From contig CM082594.2 in the NCBI GenBank assembly GCA_040954595.2, forward strand, positions 9,676,296 through 9,740,295: a DNA stretch of 64,000 nucleotides, in the 5' to 3' direction. Position 1 is the first letter of the stretch. The number at the start of each line of letters is the position of its first letter. Position numbers and translations under genes: made by a program. Source of the stretch: Balanoglossus misakiensis (taxonomy: Eukaryota; Animalia; Hemichordata). The notes under the pieces are model-generated. The model saw nothing but the letters and a program-made list of their open reading frames with translations, had not been told where the DNA came from and did not search any database. Below, piece by piece: positions 1 through 14,600 of this stretch.

Positions 1-3000
1 GAAACAGATGGAGTTGTATCACTTAAATAAGCATCTTGAGACGGCTGTGATGCAGGATGTAATTTGTATCAATAGAGGTGTCCATTAATTCTTGTGGTAA
101 GGTTTCAACCGACTTTACATGTACAGAAGAATGGATTCAGAGAACATGAGGCAAGGTGGTGTGTGGTGTGTGTCTCTAGTTTAGACAATGTTGATTGGTC
201 TTGATGGAGCCGTTTAGTTAATGAAGCTGAAGGAGACTGCCGTTAGCCGGAGAATACCGGCTCCTGTTTTTCCGGGAACGAGACAGGAAACCAGGAATGC
301 CTGGAAGGGGGAAACATCTAAAACTGACAGAGGTTACAGAAAGTAGTGTACTGATGGATGCATAGCCCCGAGGATGGAAAAGGGGGTTGTTGTGTGTGGG
401 TTGTAAATCTCAAATGAGACATGAAATGTCTGGCTCTGCAAATATGCATGTTATGGGTTTTTAAGGACAACTTGAAAAATTACTGTTGTGGATTTGGCTG
501 GTTTTTTTTCCTCGAGCCTGAAAAATTGTTATTTGTAATCATCTTAATCTGATGTTGGTACAAAGCATCATTGTTGGATGGGATGGAGGAGATAATGCAG
601 GTATGGAAAAGATTCATGGTGATATGTTGCCATGGTAATGGCTCATCAGCTATAAGATACCAACGATAAGGATTTAGTTGAGCTCCGTCGATGTTGCAAT
701 GCTGATCTTGTACTTTTCTGCAATCCTCCCTTCCCCAGTGAAGTGTAACGCTCAATAGTTAAGTGGTTGCTGTCTTTAGTTGTCATGGTGACCAGTTACC
801 GGCTGCAACATCTATAATTTCACTTTTCGTGAAATATACCCATTATACATGCACTTGCAAACACCTTTCTTAGAACCAAAGTGATGACTGATGATGTTTT
901 GAGTCAGACATTACAAACTACACCTGTCCTATGATACTTCTGATTTTTGATCCCGATTTCAGAAGCCATATTTAAAATCATTGAGGAAAACAATGAGGAC
1001 AAATGAAAATAGACCCTGGATAAGACTGGCAACAACACTGCATGCAGATAATGAAATTAGGAATGCTGTTGGCATATTTCCGATCATGTATCTGCGGAAA
1101 ACCCTGTCAGCTGTGATTAATGCTGTTTCATATGGTTGAATCCAAATAATTTTCCTAGTCTCTGCCCAGATTGTCAACCAGCTAATACCCTGTGAGCTTT
1201 AAAGAGTACTAAACATGCTACACTGCGTTCGCTTCCAGAATATTTTCCGCCGAGACTAGTTTTATGTTCAAGTGAATGCAGTGAGCTGTGCATGAAGGGG
1301 AAAAATGGATATTTTTCAAATACATTGGAAAGGTGTCTTGCCATAAAGCCATATATGGTGACATCAGACGAGATTAGTCATACAAGAAAGATATTACATT
1401 GGCATTCGCCTGCAGCAAACGCGTACCTACAGTGTCAGAAATTTGCATGTAAATTGCAAGGTTTCACAAGTCTCTGAGAACATTGAATATTGGACAGAAA
1501 TATGAATTTAGAGAGTGTCAAAGTTCACAGAATGTAGCACTGACATGGTTCTGATGCTATTTGAAATTGATATTATGCCATTTCTTCAAAATTGACGAAG
1601 TTATGGGAAAGGAGAAAATTACATCAAAAGGTGAAACTTCTTCCTTTTAAAGTTGAAAACAACAGTTTTAGTCAGGAATTGAGTGATCCATTGCTTTCGG
1701 GTATTGAGTTGATTTGGCCGTGTCAGTTTGAATCGATTTGATGAGGAAGACATAATCCTTGCTAGAAATAAAAGTAGACTTCTGGATGTGTTTTGAAAAG
1801 TCAATCTTCCTCATGGATTAGGGTCAAACAATCTTCTAGAACTTTATTCATTCGATCAGGAAGTTGAACAGCACTTACTGGGACATCAAACGCAAGTTTC
1901 AGTAATGGTGTTTCATCTCCGAATATTGTCTAATGACTTTAAGCTGCCTGAGATTTAATGCAGTTTCTCTGTTGAAGTCAAAATTACATCTCGAGTGAGA
2001 GTATGGCTAGCGTTTCCCCATGGACACTCTTGTTTTATCAGCGTGGAATTGTACCGGCTGCTGAAAATAGTATCTAAATTCAATTTAGACTGAAGTGAAT
2101 GTTAACCGTCACCCCAGATGATGTTGTGGGGCGAAATCCTGGCCATTACAAAGAATGAAATTATTGTACGTCGACACAACCTAGTGCCTGTTGTGTTCCG
2201 GTCCTGTAGACTGCCCTGTATCTGTAGTTGTTGGTGTTTCTCTCCTCCAATGATGCCCTGACAAGGGTACTTTGTGTTGATGTTAAATGATGCGTTGTTG
2301 ATCATAGGGTAGAAAATAACCATGTCACATCTCTTGTTACCATGGTGAAGTTATACAGCGAGAGTAACCCTGTTATACATTTGAGAAAATTCAAATTCAA
2401 TGGGTATTTTCAGAAAAGTAGTTGATAATAGTAATTTACCTGATAGCTACAAAGTGATTGCTATTTGGATAATGTCCCCCATGCCTGGTATTAGATTTGT
2501 AGGTCTATCACAGATGAAAATTTGTTGCTTTCACGAACATTTGTGACCTTTAAGTTTCATCATGTATTTTCCTTGCTTTAAGGGTCAAGAAAGATGCAAC
2601 ATAGTCTTCTTAGATTAAAGCAGTGTTTCATCTTGCTGCGGGAGTCAAGAGATTTATTCACAGGAGCAAGCCATGTTACATTGAATGAATACATTAAGTG
2701 TAAGACAATATCATACCTGTTACAAACAGATTCCTGGTAATCAAAATATAATGCATATGTAAGGTCATGCCGTGGTTATACCGATGACTAATGTGTCATA
2801 CTTGTATTAAATTATGTATTCATTTCTCACAAGTCAGAGAGTGCCAAAACTTGTTATTGCGAGGGCACAAGGCGATGTTGGTGACATGTTACACCTGACA
2901 GGGCCAAGTAATAACTTTTCAAGATGATTTTTGAATATGCAGGCAATTTTTCATCCATTTCATTTCATCACCTTGACGACCCAGCCTATTGGTTTGAAGG

Positions 3001-6000
3001 TCCATCCCACTGCTGTGTCTAAGCACATTGATTAGCTCCCACAATGCATTGCACTCCATAGTGATAACTTTCCAGAATAACACAAGCCGCATGCAGTAAA
3101 GTCTGAAATTCGTTCTCAGTTGGCCGTAAAAGACTACAGATCATTTGAGAAAATTGACCGTTTACGGCATGCCATCAAACTTTTACTTTAAATTAGTTCT
3201 GTAACCGCCACACCAAAAGGAGTTTCATCATCAATCTTAACAGTTTCGGGAGATCGTAATCAAGCACAGTGGCTGTGCCCGTGGAAATTCTGTCACTTTT
3301 ATTTTGCTTCTGTAGAAGCTCTGTCTTCTAGGCAAATAACAGTGAGTGAAACCAAGGCACCTGGGTTAAAGAGTTAAGCAAAGTCGTCTGAGACTTTTTC
3401 AGCCCACGCATGCGGAGATTGCATCTGATGTATAAAGATCTATAGGGCGATAAGCCAGAAACCAGGTCCTCATTTTGCACATTTTATATGCTCACATCCA
3501 TAAAAAGCACTGGCATTCTTGAAACTCGATGAGTCATTGATTTTGTCATTAAAAATTTGTAAAACATGAAAAATATGATGGTTAATTGGTCTTTTTTATT
3601 CAAGAACCTCATACATACAATAAACAGGTCAGCACACCCTGTTTTAAATGAAAAGGTGATATTTTGAGACTTCACCCAAGAGTGACTGTGCAATTGGGAT
3701 TGCTACTAACTTGAATTCTGTGATGTCTGTCAGTTTTTGAAGTGTGTCACACATGTGTCAGGGTGACGTTTGCTGTTTAAAACTCACTAATTCAAAGTAA
3801 AAGTTAGTATGTATGCATTGTCAACACTGACACCAATCAAAATTGCATTGCAGTCCCCCATTCTCAGCTGTAGAGACATAAACTCAGCAGAGCCATCGGA
3901 AACAATATTCACCTTGTGACCTGAATTGATTTCACGCTGACCTAATCGGCGATAGGCAGCCAAGCTCATCAAATTTTACGACTCCTAGGCCTTTCAGCTT
4001 GACTGAAAGATATCATGTGTATTAAAGAAAGCACATTTACATTTATATATGAGCGTTTACTTTTGATCTTGATGCACAGGGAATTGCTAAAGCTAGACTT
4101 AGAGACAAGAGTATAATATGTGACAGTTTCTATAAATTTGTAAGCATGTCCGAATCTGTTCATTGTCGCAAGAATATAAATTGGCAATAATGTAATCTTG
4201 TCAAGAGGTGCCTCCAAGTTTGCCTCTTCTGAAAAATATTAATCAGAGAGTAAGCCATTCCCTGATGATTTGAACTTCTGTTTGCAAAGTAACATCTGTT
4301 GATCAGCAAATTAAATTTTATGCTTGACTTGAGAAAAGAAATCCCGCGGATATGATATATGATCGTCTTTCCTTTTCTGAGAGAAAGGGTAGTCTAACAA
4401 ACAAACAATACATGCACAGCCAGAGTGCCACTGACCCACATCTGCTCATGTGAATAAAAAGCAATATGGATTTACCATAAATATTTCATAAAACCATAAA
4501 GTCACATCAATCAGATTGAACGTTAGTAGTTTACCCTGGGGAGCTGCAGATGGGGCTGGTCATCGAAAACCTGTCTTTCTGTGAGGCATTACAGAGTCAA
4601 TTAATCACGTTTAGACAATATGTTTTCTGAAAGTTTCACTTTCTTGCTGACATCTCACGTGCTATGGTAAGACCATCGCCTTAAAACCAGCTATTCTCTC
4701 AAGATTTCTTGAGGCCTTGAATCAGCGGAAACTATTCAGAATAAGAGTCAAGAAAAATTTCTCCTGACATAAAAACCAATCACTACGTTTTGGCCACTGG
4801 TGCAGATAACCATTTCTATCTAAAGATAAGCAGCTTACTTTTCCACACTTTTCCGTTCTGCTCAATAATTTCTGGCTTCATTCCGGCTTTAACTGGACAA
4901 TAAATTCCCTTCAGCACTTAGAACTTAAAAGATTCATCAGCAAAGCGACTGATACTGAGCAGATTAAGGTTAGAAATTATGACGATAATCTGCATCTGCC
5001 AGATAGTTTTCATCTGGCGTTAACTTCGTGAAAGAAAGTGAGGTGACGAACTAGTTTTGCCTGGAACATAGAATTTGGTGCAATGAAACAAATATAGTAA
5101 AATTTAATTCACGAGAGGATTATGGGGGTTACTTTGTACATGGGAAGGTATTGACTGCATGTAAAGAAACTGGTGCATGCTGGGAATAAAGTGGTGTTTC
5201 TGTCGGCATATGTCTGTTCCAGTGATACAAGACGTTTGCTATTGATGTGTGCCCATTGACAGTCAGCTGTAAGCTGGCATATTTTCTGAGTGTATACATT
5301 CTTCTGCTTTTGAGTTTTAAAAAAATCTTGCTCATTGTTCACATTGTAACGGGATCACGGAGTGAAATGGCTTCGACATGGGTTGCTTTATTGGATATTC
5401 TGTCAAAAAATTTAGATTCAATAAATTCAGTAGTCACAGGAAATAAAACCCACTCGGCACATCAAAGAAGTGATAATGTTTCCGATTCATCCAGATTGTA
5501 TGGACTTCTCTCGTTATCAATGAAACTTGAGTCGCTGTCTCGGAGGATAGAGATGACTTATGTTCTTGAATAAATACTTTATATCCGAAAATATTGAAAG
5601 TCATCTCAAAATAACTCCCAAGGACCCTTGTTGCAATCTTTCATTATACAAAGCGTTATTTTCTTTGCAGGGAGACAAATTTGATCTCTGCCGATACTGC
5701 AGTCACTATAGAGATATGTCAAAACCCATTAGTAAAATTGCTATAAAAAGATGAATGCTTATGTTGAAGGTTTTGGATGCAGGTGACAGGTATAAATCCT
5801 ATCTTTATATCATCTCTTCACAAATTATGGTGGCGCTCTGTTTTTCTCGTGTGCCACCCACTGAAAATCTGTGATTGGCTAGATCTCAATTTGCCATGGT
5901 AACTATAGATAATTTTCCATAGGTGACTGTATACCTTTAACCTTGAAGAAAATAAAGTATTTGACACTGAAGTAGGTATCTTATTAGCAGTCTAAGATTC

Positions 6001-9000
6001 AATGCATGGAAATTCACGGTTTGTTAGACTTGAAGGTGAATGACGGTGATAAATTCATTAACTTGCAGCTGATGACCATCGTGGCGTGAACATAATGTTT
6101 GCATACCCTAATGCCGCTGAGAAAAAGGTTGATATTTTCCATGGATCAGTGTCGCCAAAATCAGATTTTCTGGACAAGATACTCTTGCAAATTACATATA
6201 AATAAAATCTCTGCAGGTAACTGTTGTAAGAGGCTTCAAATCACACACTTTGTGTATTAGTATATATATACTTCAAGCTCATCGTAAACAAATCCCTGAA
6301 ATTGCACATTTTTACCAAAAAATAAAATTGTCAATATTATGTTTAGTAGCAAAGCAGAAGCCTATGTTTTGAAATTTCGTACCCAATGTGTTTGTAAAAA
6401 AACTCCAGAACAGGAGAGATTTCAATTCTGTTGTGTGTAATGAATCTTTCAGACTACTCAGCCTTCATGTGATCAAAACATTTACCCTGACCTATTTTAT
6501 ATCATGTCAATATTTGAAGATGAAATGGTTCGCATAATTATAAGAAATAAAGGTCTGATAGAGTGTTTGATAAAGTCTCATTCGGGAATTTTGTATATCT
6601 TGATCAGTGTTTTGGTTTTGTGTGCATTAGTTTCAGTGTAACCATATCGACTTTGCCATCACAGTTGTCTAATCTATAAGGGATCAACAAATAGCTTGTC
6701 ATTGTCCCCAGAAAATAGCCTGTTTTGGGTCTTGCTTGTTATCTTATCGCGACAACGTCAGAACATGATGTGCGCTTTTTTTTTTTTCGCTTGACTTTCG
6801 GTTTATCGCAGTTGCCCCACAGAAAGAATGAAAAAGCGTGGCATGAGCTATCAGTTATTCGTAAAAGGTTTCTTGGTTTGAAATTCGGTTATGACTGTAA
6901 CCTGTGAATTTCGCATTTTTCATGGATTTGTGCTGCATATTCGCCAGATCACTGAACGGACTCACGTAGCGATGCGATTGATTGTCACCAGAGGTCTGCC
7001 AAAACAACAAGCCAAGTACATATTTATACACACCTTCTGAACTCAGATATTTTTAATAGCACAGCAGATTAAATTTGCGGTAGCCAATTTGTGCAGGGGC
7101 TGTTTGCATTGAAATGGACACCCTAATTATGCAGATATCATGCAAATGAGGTAACGATTTCCAAGTCAATGCTTCGTATGGCCTTGAGAAACAGAAGATA
7201 TCGTGACTGATTAAGTCATCAATATTGCGTCAAAATCCAAGTAACTGGATGAAATCTTTCAACTTTGACTAATCCTTCTCGGGGCACCTCCCTTAGGTAG
7301 AGGTCTCTCTGAGTGAGATGCGGTTGCCATGGCAGCAGTCGTCATCTTGGGAAGGCTATCATTACATGCTTGGCTCCACCCCTAGAAGGCATTCAACCTG
7401 TTTGCCACAGGCTCAGTGTCTGTGTCACTAAACGGACAGAGATTATACAGTCCTCACAAATTGTCCTATCGAGATACCGCTATATATACCCTCTTCTCTC
7501 TCTCTCTTTTGTGAGACTGTCTTGTTAATTTATCGATTGTGATTGACCATTCTACAGATCGACTCTCCTTTTAAAATCTTGTGTTGTGTATTCTCCAGAG
7601 AAATCAGAATGAGGATTCGTTGGAAAACTTTGCACATTATTTGTTCATCAGCATTTAAAGCCAACGTAAGCACATTAGCTGTGGGAAACATCAATCACCA
7701 CAGCAGTAGGCCAGCGATTGGCTGATGCGTAATGTTAGAGTGGTATTATAATGATGACAGTTGGCAGACACGCCTTCCTGAATGTACATGTGCAGTTAAA
7801 AATGATGAGGTACACTTTCAACAGCCGATTAAAGCGTTCAGTTGTGTTGTGGGGACGCGTTGATATCACACGGTTACGTGAACCAAGGCATGTGTCTGTG
7901 TCACGGTTAGTGAACAGTCAGATGGTTGCATTCTTGCCCGAGGATTATTATTCTCCCAAGTCTTCACTGCTTTGAAATATTTTACTACTCCGGCAGATTT
8001 GGACTCTGTGTGTTAAGTGAACTTGATTTTGCTCTTGGTGTGCTGCGGAGAGAAACTGCTCTGGAGTCTGGAATACTGTTCATGCAACGAGGAATCCAAC
8101 AGAAGTTCTTGTAGACTTCTACTCTGTCGCTTGTTCTCTGTGGGAACTGTTTTTCTTTCGAGTGCAAGTATTTGAACTTACAGCATTTTATTGCCACAAT
8201 ATTGCAGCAATCCAGTTAACTGATCATACAGTCTGCATTCTACTCAAACATTTTTCTCGAGCTCATTACAAGCGCCCGGGCAAGATAAAATATCTAAATT
8301 CTTCTTTACTTCTCAAATTTACAATTAACTTATTATAAGCTGAATCATTGCACTGTCTAAATCGATTAATTTTAACCGAGCGTGGAAGAAATTGGTTTTA
8401 TATTTCCTCATTATATCATGACCTTGGCACTCATTAATTTGTGACCTTGGCAAACTGATATTTAGTGGACGTATTATGTATATATCAAAATGAATCAAGC
8501 GGAAAGGTTATTAACTGATATTATCTTTACGCTACTGGCCCAACAGTCGTTTTAAACTGATATTCGTTTTTGTGTGCGTTCAAAACCTGCTGAATCAAGT
8601 TGTTGGATTTTCTCGCTTTACTTTCCATCAATGAGAAATCCTGCTGATTGTATCATCGATTATAAACACAGTCCGGCAGTTCATGGTGGTGATTATAAAG
8701 GCTCTTGTCTGTCTCCGGAGGTTTCTTGTCTCGCAGACTCTTTGCCAGTACACTCAACATTTCAACACTCGCGTTCGTACGTTCATGTTTGCGACCGGAT
8801 CTCTGCACACTTCCGACAACGAATCGCGAGTGACCAACGCAACAGTGAGAAGTCCACCACTGGGTTAAAATAAATGGAAATCTTGTTTATTGTGCCAATT
8901 TTGTGAAGATTCCGAAAGCTAGTTCCGCCTGCTGGAAACATCGCATTCTGTTGTTCTTTGAGAATCCTTTCTTCGTCTGATGAAGCTAATGGATGCAACT

Positions 9001-11474
9001 CTCTTAGCTGGATTCTCTTAGCAGTGCAAAATCGAGACCTCTAGTTGTTCGGTGCTACCAAATGGTGTCAAAAGACATTAAAAAGGTGTGCATGCCATGT
9101 TCGACGAGATAATGACAAAAATCAACTGAAGAAAAGTAAGGATTTAACACGTTGTATTCATGTGTGTGGGAATTGATTTCATTGACTGGACCAAAACTGG
9201 GATGTAATGTATGGATTGATTTAGTCTTGCCTCTCAGAACAGACAAGTATCGAGCCTTTGGAGAAACGCGGTTTTAACCATTTTAAAGTAATCAAAAGGC
9301 TGTGATAAGACAGTGTGTGAATAGTGCTTTACTGGACGAAGTCACTGAATATTCAACTCTAGATTTTGACGAGGGGAAAGTTGTTTGCACAGATGAGAGA
9401 GAAAATGAGGACCTGAACGAAGAAAGTTCGAACAGATTCCTTAGAGTTCACCACGTACAGCCCTGGAAAGATCTCTCGCACCCTTCAATCAGAAACCGAT
9501 CCCAAAATAACAGGAAAGTATGAATGCCACGCAGAAAATGGATGTTAATGTTTGTAGTTATTTTGAAGAGCTTCTGGAGTGTGGCAGAGGACTGTACACT
9601 GCGTTTGAAGGTGAGCGGGACTCGTTACATTAACTGCATCCAAAAAAAAAGAGAGTGCTATTGTAAAGACACGTAGTTTACTTTCTACACTAATGGAAAT
9701 GATTCTTTATGGCGGCATGTCCAGATTGCAGTCCCATTCTTTCCGCTGAACAGAGCACGTTCTCAAAAATTCACGTTTCTTGTAGTAATTGTCCTCTGTC
9801 TATTATTAGACGATGTCAACCAAACAGTTCCAACATACAAACCAGTTCAGTCAAAAATATAGTCAGAGAGTTTGAGCAATGAACACAATATATGAGTTTA
9901 TCCCTATCAATATTTTACATTTCGCAGTTCTATAATATTCACTCATATTCTGATTGTGGTGATCATATGTCAAAAAATGTTTCAGATGACCAGGTTTAAC
10001 TTGAACATATGTATTGATCTGTTTTCAATAAAATAACTACTTCATTGCACATAAAAAATTAGGTATTTACAATGATAATAACATTAACATGAGTATTTGA
10101 CAATAAACACTGCGATAGGAATGAAAGGCTCTTTGACGAGACTGAAAGAAATCGAAGCAGACAATGGCATATACCACCAACACATTCACAATGACAGTTC
10201 TATCATTGGTATTTGTAGCCGTGCTGTTCTCTTATCTCAATTTTGTGTTCAGATGTGATTATGCGTGCCATATCGATAACCCTTAGGGCAGTTTCGTGTT
10301 CTGTTAAACTATCATGCTACATAAATAGTAAAAAAAAAGAGATTTATCACCAGCTCGTAATCTAATTTCACGAAATGATTGCTTAGCCGTGTGTGTACCT
10401 ATCATTTTTCATTGTAACAATTTCCAATATATTGCAATCTAGTCTACAAATACGACTGAAATTTTATTATTCTGTATTTGCTGTAGGCATGAATTATACT
10501 CTGTTTTCATTCCCAGTGTCAATATAAAGCTATTTTTCAACTTTTCAAACCCCATATTGATCTTCTGTTTCAGTGCATGCTGTCTTTTTTGTATGAGATT
10601 CCAGTTCTGGGCGTATTCGTCAACATGATACAGTTACAAAAAAGGGTGCTGATTGGGCCATACTTTGGTATAGTCAGACATTTTTAGACTGTAGTCCAAT
10701 CAGAATCCTTTTACTTTTAACCTAATGGTCCAATTTGGCCAGTGATCGGGATTAATGTTCTGTTGGGTGAAAGTCGGATGGGGTTGTGAATAATGGGTGT
10801 GTAATGGTAGCGGGTGGTTGCTATTTATCAGTGTAATCGGTTTGATACATGCTTTTCCGCAGCGCACGGTGCCTGGTGCCTGCGTTGGGAGATTTTTAAG
10901 TTGAGGGGCGAAATGAAACCAATTGTAAATCTTTATTCTCAACTATATAAAGCAAAATAGGATATTAGCCTATCATGGGGACTGTTTGCCAGGTGACAGT
11001 AGATGGCTCTGATGTAATATGGCGGCCATATTGCCCAGAGTTATAAAAGCAACACAGTGATTGGTGCATATCAGACTCAATCATTAGCACAGCGCAGCCA
11101 GCACTAGAATTGTTTCAAGGGAAAAAGATTACCCCGGGATTTAGATTTTATGGTTTTTCTGTAAGAATCGTTGTCATTACTTTTATGGCAATTAGTGATT
11201 TTATGATGTACAGGGTCTTTATCTTTGTTTCTGATCACTTTGACATTCGGTACAGCATGCAGATGGATGTGTTGTGTTACTGATATTATAGCTGTTAGAA
11301 TTCAGGATGACGATGGTGTAAAGTTTCCTCACGGGGCCATCCTGTTAATAGTGAATGGGAACTGTAAAATTATATCCAACCTTGTCTATAATCTCTGTTC
11401 ATGGAATTAGAGAGGGGAAAATAATCTTGATGAGGTAGATCACTGCAGCAACAAACTCCTGTTACTGATAGGGC

Positions 11475-11670
11475 TTGTGTGCGTTGAATTTGTATTCTAG
11501 GATGTGTCGGTGTGTATGTGGGTGTGTGGTTATATGTCTGTGCCGCATATATATGCAGATGTGTATATGTGCAGTTTTGTGTCTGATTATGTGAACATGT
11601 TACTGTGGTAATGTGATCAGGGATGCGTGTGTGCATGTGCGTGCATATGCCACATGCACTTGTGTCTGCA
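11475..11670. repeat. Degenerate (TG)n-rich tract
   Basis: Alternating purine-pyrimidine runs such as tgtgtatgtgggtgtgtg and gcgtgtgtgcatgtgcgtgcat. Confidence 0.6.
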
Positions 11671-14600
11671 TCTGCATGATCGGCGTGAATCTATTTGTAC
11701 ATGCAGTAGATATGAAACAGACAGCTGTGCCAAGTCATTGGTGTTGAGGCCGTCCATTGCATCGAGTGCTGTTTTCAAAGAAAGTGATTCACTGAAGGCC
11801 TTTCACGTCCATCTCAGTAAACATACAGATGGAGCCAAATGTAATCCTTGACTTTGCCAAAACCACAAATTTACTTCGGCACGACTTATCAGTAGTCCAC
11901 TCTCTCTCATTTCCTCTGTGGTGGTTTCAAACTGAAATCTTTGAATTCACTGAACGATTATTTCTATGGAAATGTCAACTTAATCACATCAATGAAACAC
12001 TCCCATTACGGTGAGCATCATGCATTTCCTCTTGGCAAGAAACGAAACTCCATTAGCCGAAAAAAAAATCTTTCTGTCCATGTAGCCAACATTGACACTT
12101 TATAATCAAACTTTCTGACACATGCATCACATTTAATATACTCTCAATTATCTCTGTTTTCTTTCTTTTCTGAAAAATTTCTGGCTGGCTTGTACTGTTA
12201 TGAATACACCATAATTCAAATAAAACTCTGAATAAAATTTACACTGTTTACATTTGTTACATTGAAGGCATCATCTTCAAACATGACAGTAGCGCTCCTA
12301 TAGTTTGTATGTACCGGTACTTGCAAACATCTGGTTAATTGGTCCGAGGCATTGATGTTTTGTCATCACAACTGTTAGTCGGTCTCTATTTGCAGATTGA
12401 AGCATTTTCACTCGCGTTTCCAGGTATTCGTTGATTCGAGTGTGTTGGAAGTGGTTCTATTCAAATGCTTTGATTGAAAATGTTTGTGCCATTTTTTGCT
12501 GTTCTAACGAGATGAGATATTACCTCTTTAATATTTGAGTGAAGAGTCTTTGACAAGGACTAGTTTCAGCGTAGCCGTCAACACTGATGGGTATGAATTC
12601 TTTAGTGCGGTGGAAATTCATTTCTGTTCAGTTCTGATGTAAGTCGTCCGTGCTACAACTGATACCACTGGGAGTTGACAGATCCGTTGTGTGAAGTCAT
12701 GAATTTAAGACGGAGATTGGAAATGGATTAGATCTGGGCTCCGTTGGGAATGGATCTTAGGAGTTTAAAAATACTATGTGGCTCTGTACTTTTCAAATCA
12801 TGTACAGCGCAGTTCTGGTCCAAGTTGGAGCACTCCGTGTTGATTATAGGGCCTACTCAGATTTTGCCAGTGAGAACAGTACCGTTACATCATAGTTCTG
12901 TTGTGCTATAAGACATTTGCTTGTACTTAGTCGTTCCCATGGTGATAGGGCAAATGTTAACGTAAGTGTCAACTACCCCTTTTTGCTGCAGATTAAAATT
13001 GGAGTCAGTGTTTAATGCACACTTCTGCAAGCAATTACTTGTTGATGATTTGCATTTGGTTTCTATAGAAACAAGCGGTCCAATTTTTGAGGTGTGAAAG
13101 GCAATATCACAAGTATTTCTAAATATTTCCAGACAATATAATTCCTTGTACACAAGAACTCTTATCGTAAACGTCTGAAGCGGCCCACAATATCAAATTC
13201 TTTGCCCATTGACTGTCAGCACCTGGCTCTGACAGTTAATCGTCCGTTCGCAAACATCGATGAAGAATAAAATTCTTGTCATATCAGGTGCATGTCACTT
13301 GGCAACGACACAATTTGTTCGTAAAATCTCGTGCTGAATGTAAGAATTTATCTCTTGGAGACATTTTTCTAAAGATAAGCACCGACTAGTGGGATAGTCG
13401 AGCCAGTAAGAAGCTCGCAAGCAGTCTCTACTTGATTGGAAATTTCACATCTGAAAATTATTCTCGTGGGATTAAGGATGCGTTTTTATCGAACTACATA
13501 CATTGTACATGCCAGTGATAAGTTTCAATCTCGGAGTTCGCTTTGGAATTGTTACTTGTCAACTTTACAACAGTGGAAGGACCTAAAAGTTTGCTTCTCA
13601 AGCAGATAATTACACATAGTAGGAGTGATTGCGGCAGTCGTGCTATTTTGGTGCAAGCCATTCATACTGCGCAGTACACGCAGATCAAAACTCCTAACCA
13701 CAGCGTAAATAGAATTTATAAGGTATAGTTTAGCCGCAGGGATTAATTTACAAACCACTGTTCACTGGCGTTCAGTCTTTGAATAGAGCCATAGTGAGCG
13801 TGAGTGAAGTCTAAACTATTTTGCTTCCTAATTACCATGCACTAATTCAATTAAATCAAGAAAGCCACAAGGTGTCTGCATCTTGAATAATTGCCAAGAT
13901 TTGAAATTAAATTTGCTCGGTCGTGATGTTTGATCAATGAAGGTTTTGTATGCCCACATTTCCAAAGGGGATGGTAATATGAACGCTTTTATATACAGAG
14001 TTACTGGATAGTTCTTTGTAGGACATAAAAGATGGTACTAATCTAATTGACAACATACTTTGTCCTTTTTTGAGTCGGTAACATAATCAACTGTATTAGT
14101 TCCCAATTTCCTTACAAGTCTACACCAGATGGTCAGATATTATTTCAAGTAGACTGTGGAACATGGCTATTAGGGTATTTTTTCCAGGTTGTTTAGGGTT
14201 TGAAGAAGTTTGCCTTTGGGCAGACTGGCTTACCTGTGGTATTTCAGTTCTGATTTTAATGCAACTAGGCATGTGTATATTACTACAGACATGGTCTTTT
14301 ATACACACATAATGAGTAATTTAAGTAATGTTTCCATATAAAAAAACTGCTGGCATATTTGTAAGTGTTAAAGTAATAAAGTGAAGCTATATGGTGAAGC
14401 ACATAATTTTATGGCAGAAGTTCCTTGAACAGGATATGATAGAAGGCAAGTCTTATACTGCCAAGTCGCTGATTATGATTAGGAAGATATGAGACTTTTT
14501 GTCTGCGACTGATTATGATGAATGAACTCATCCGAGGCTGCCAGTGTTTATATTAAACATTCAGTGATGGAACTGATAAGACCATAATTTTGCCAACATT

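Noticed and set aside
9393-9517. Possible exon ..ERENEDLNEESSNRF.. ending AAA|gtatga
   Set aside because: It ends in phase 0, which does not fit the phase-1 ADAR acceptor, and no homology was recognised.
13208-13240. 12-bp hairpin attgactgtcag/ctgacagttaat
   Set aside because: It is too short for a pre-miRNA and is isolated, so it is plausible by chance.
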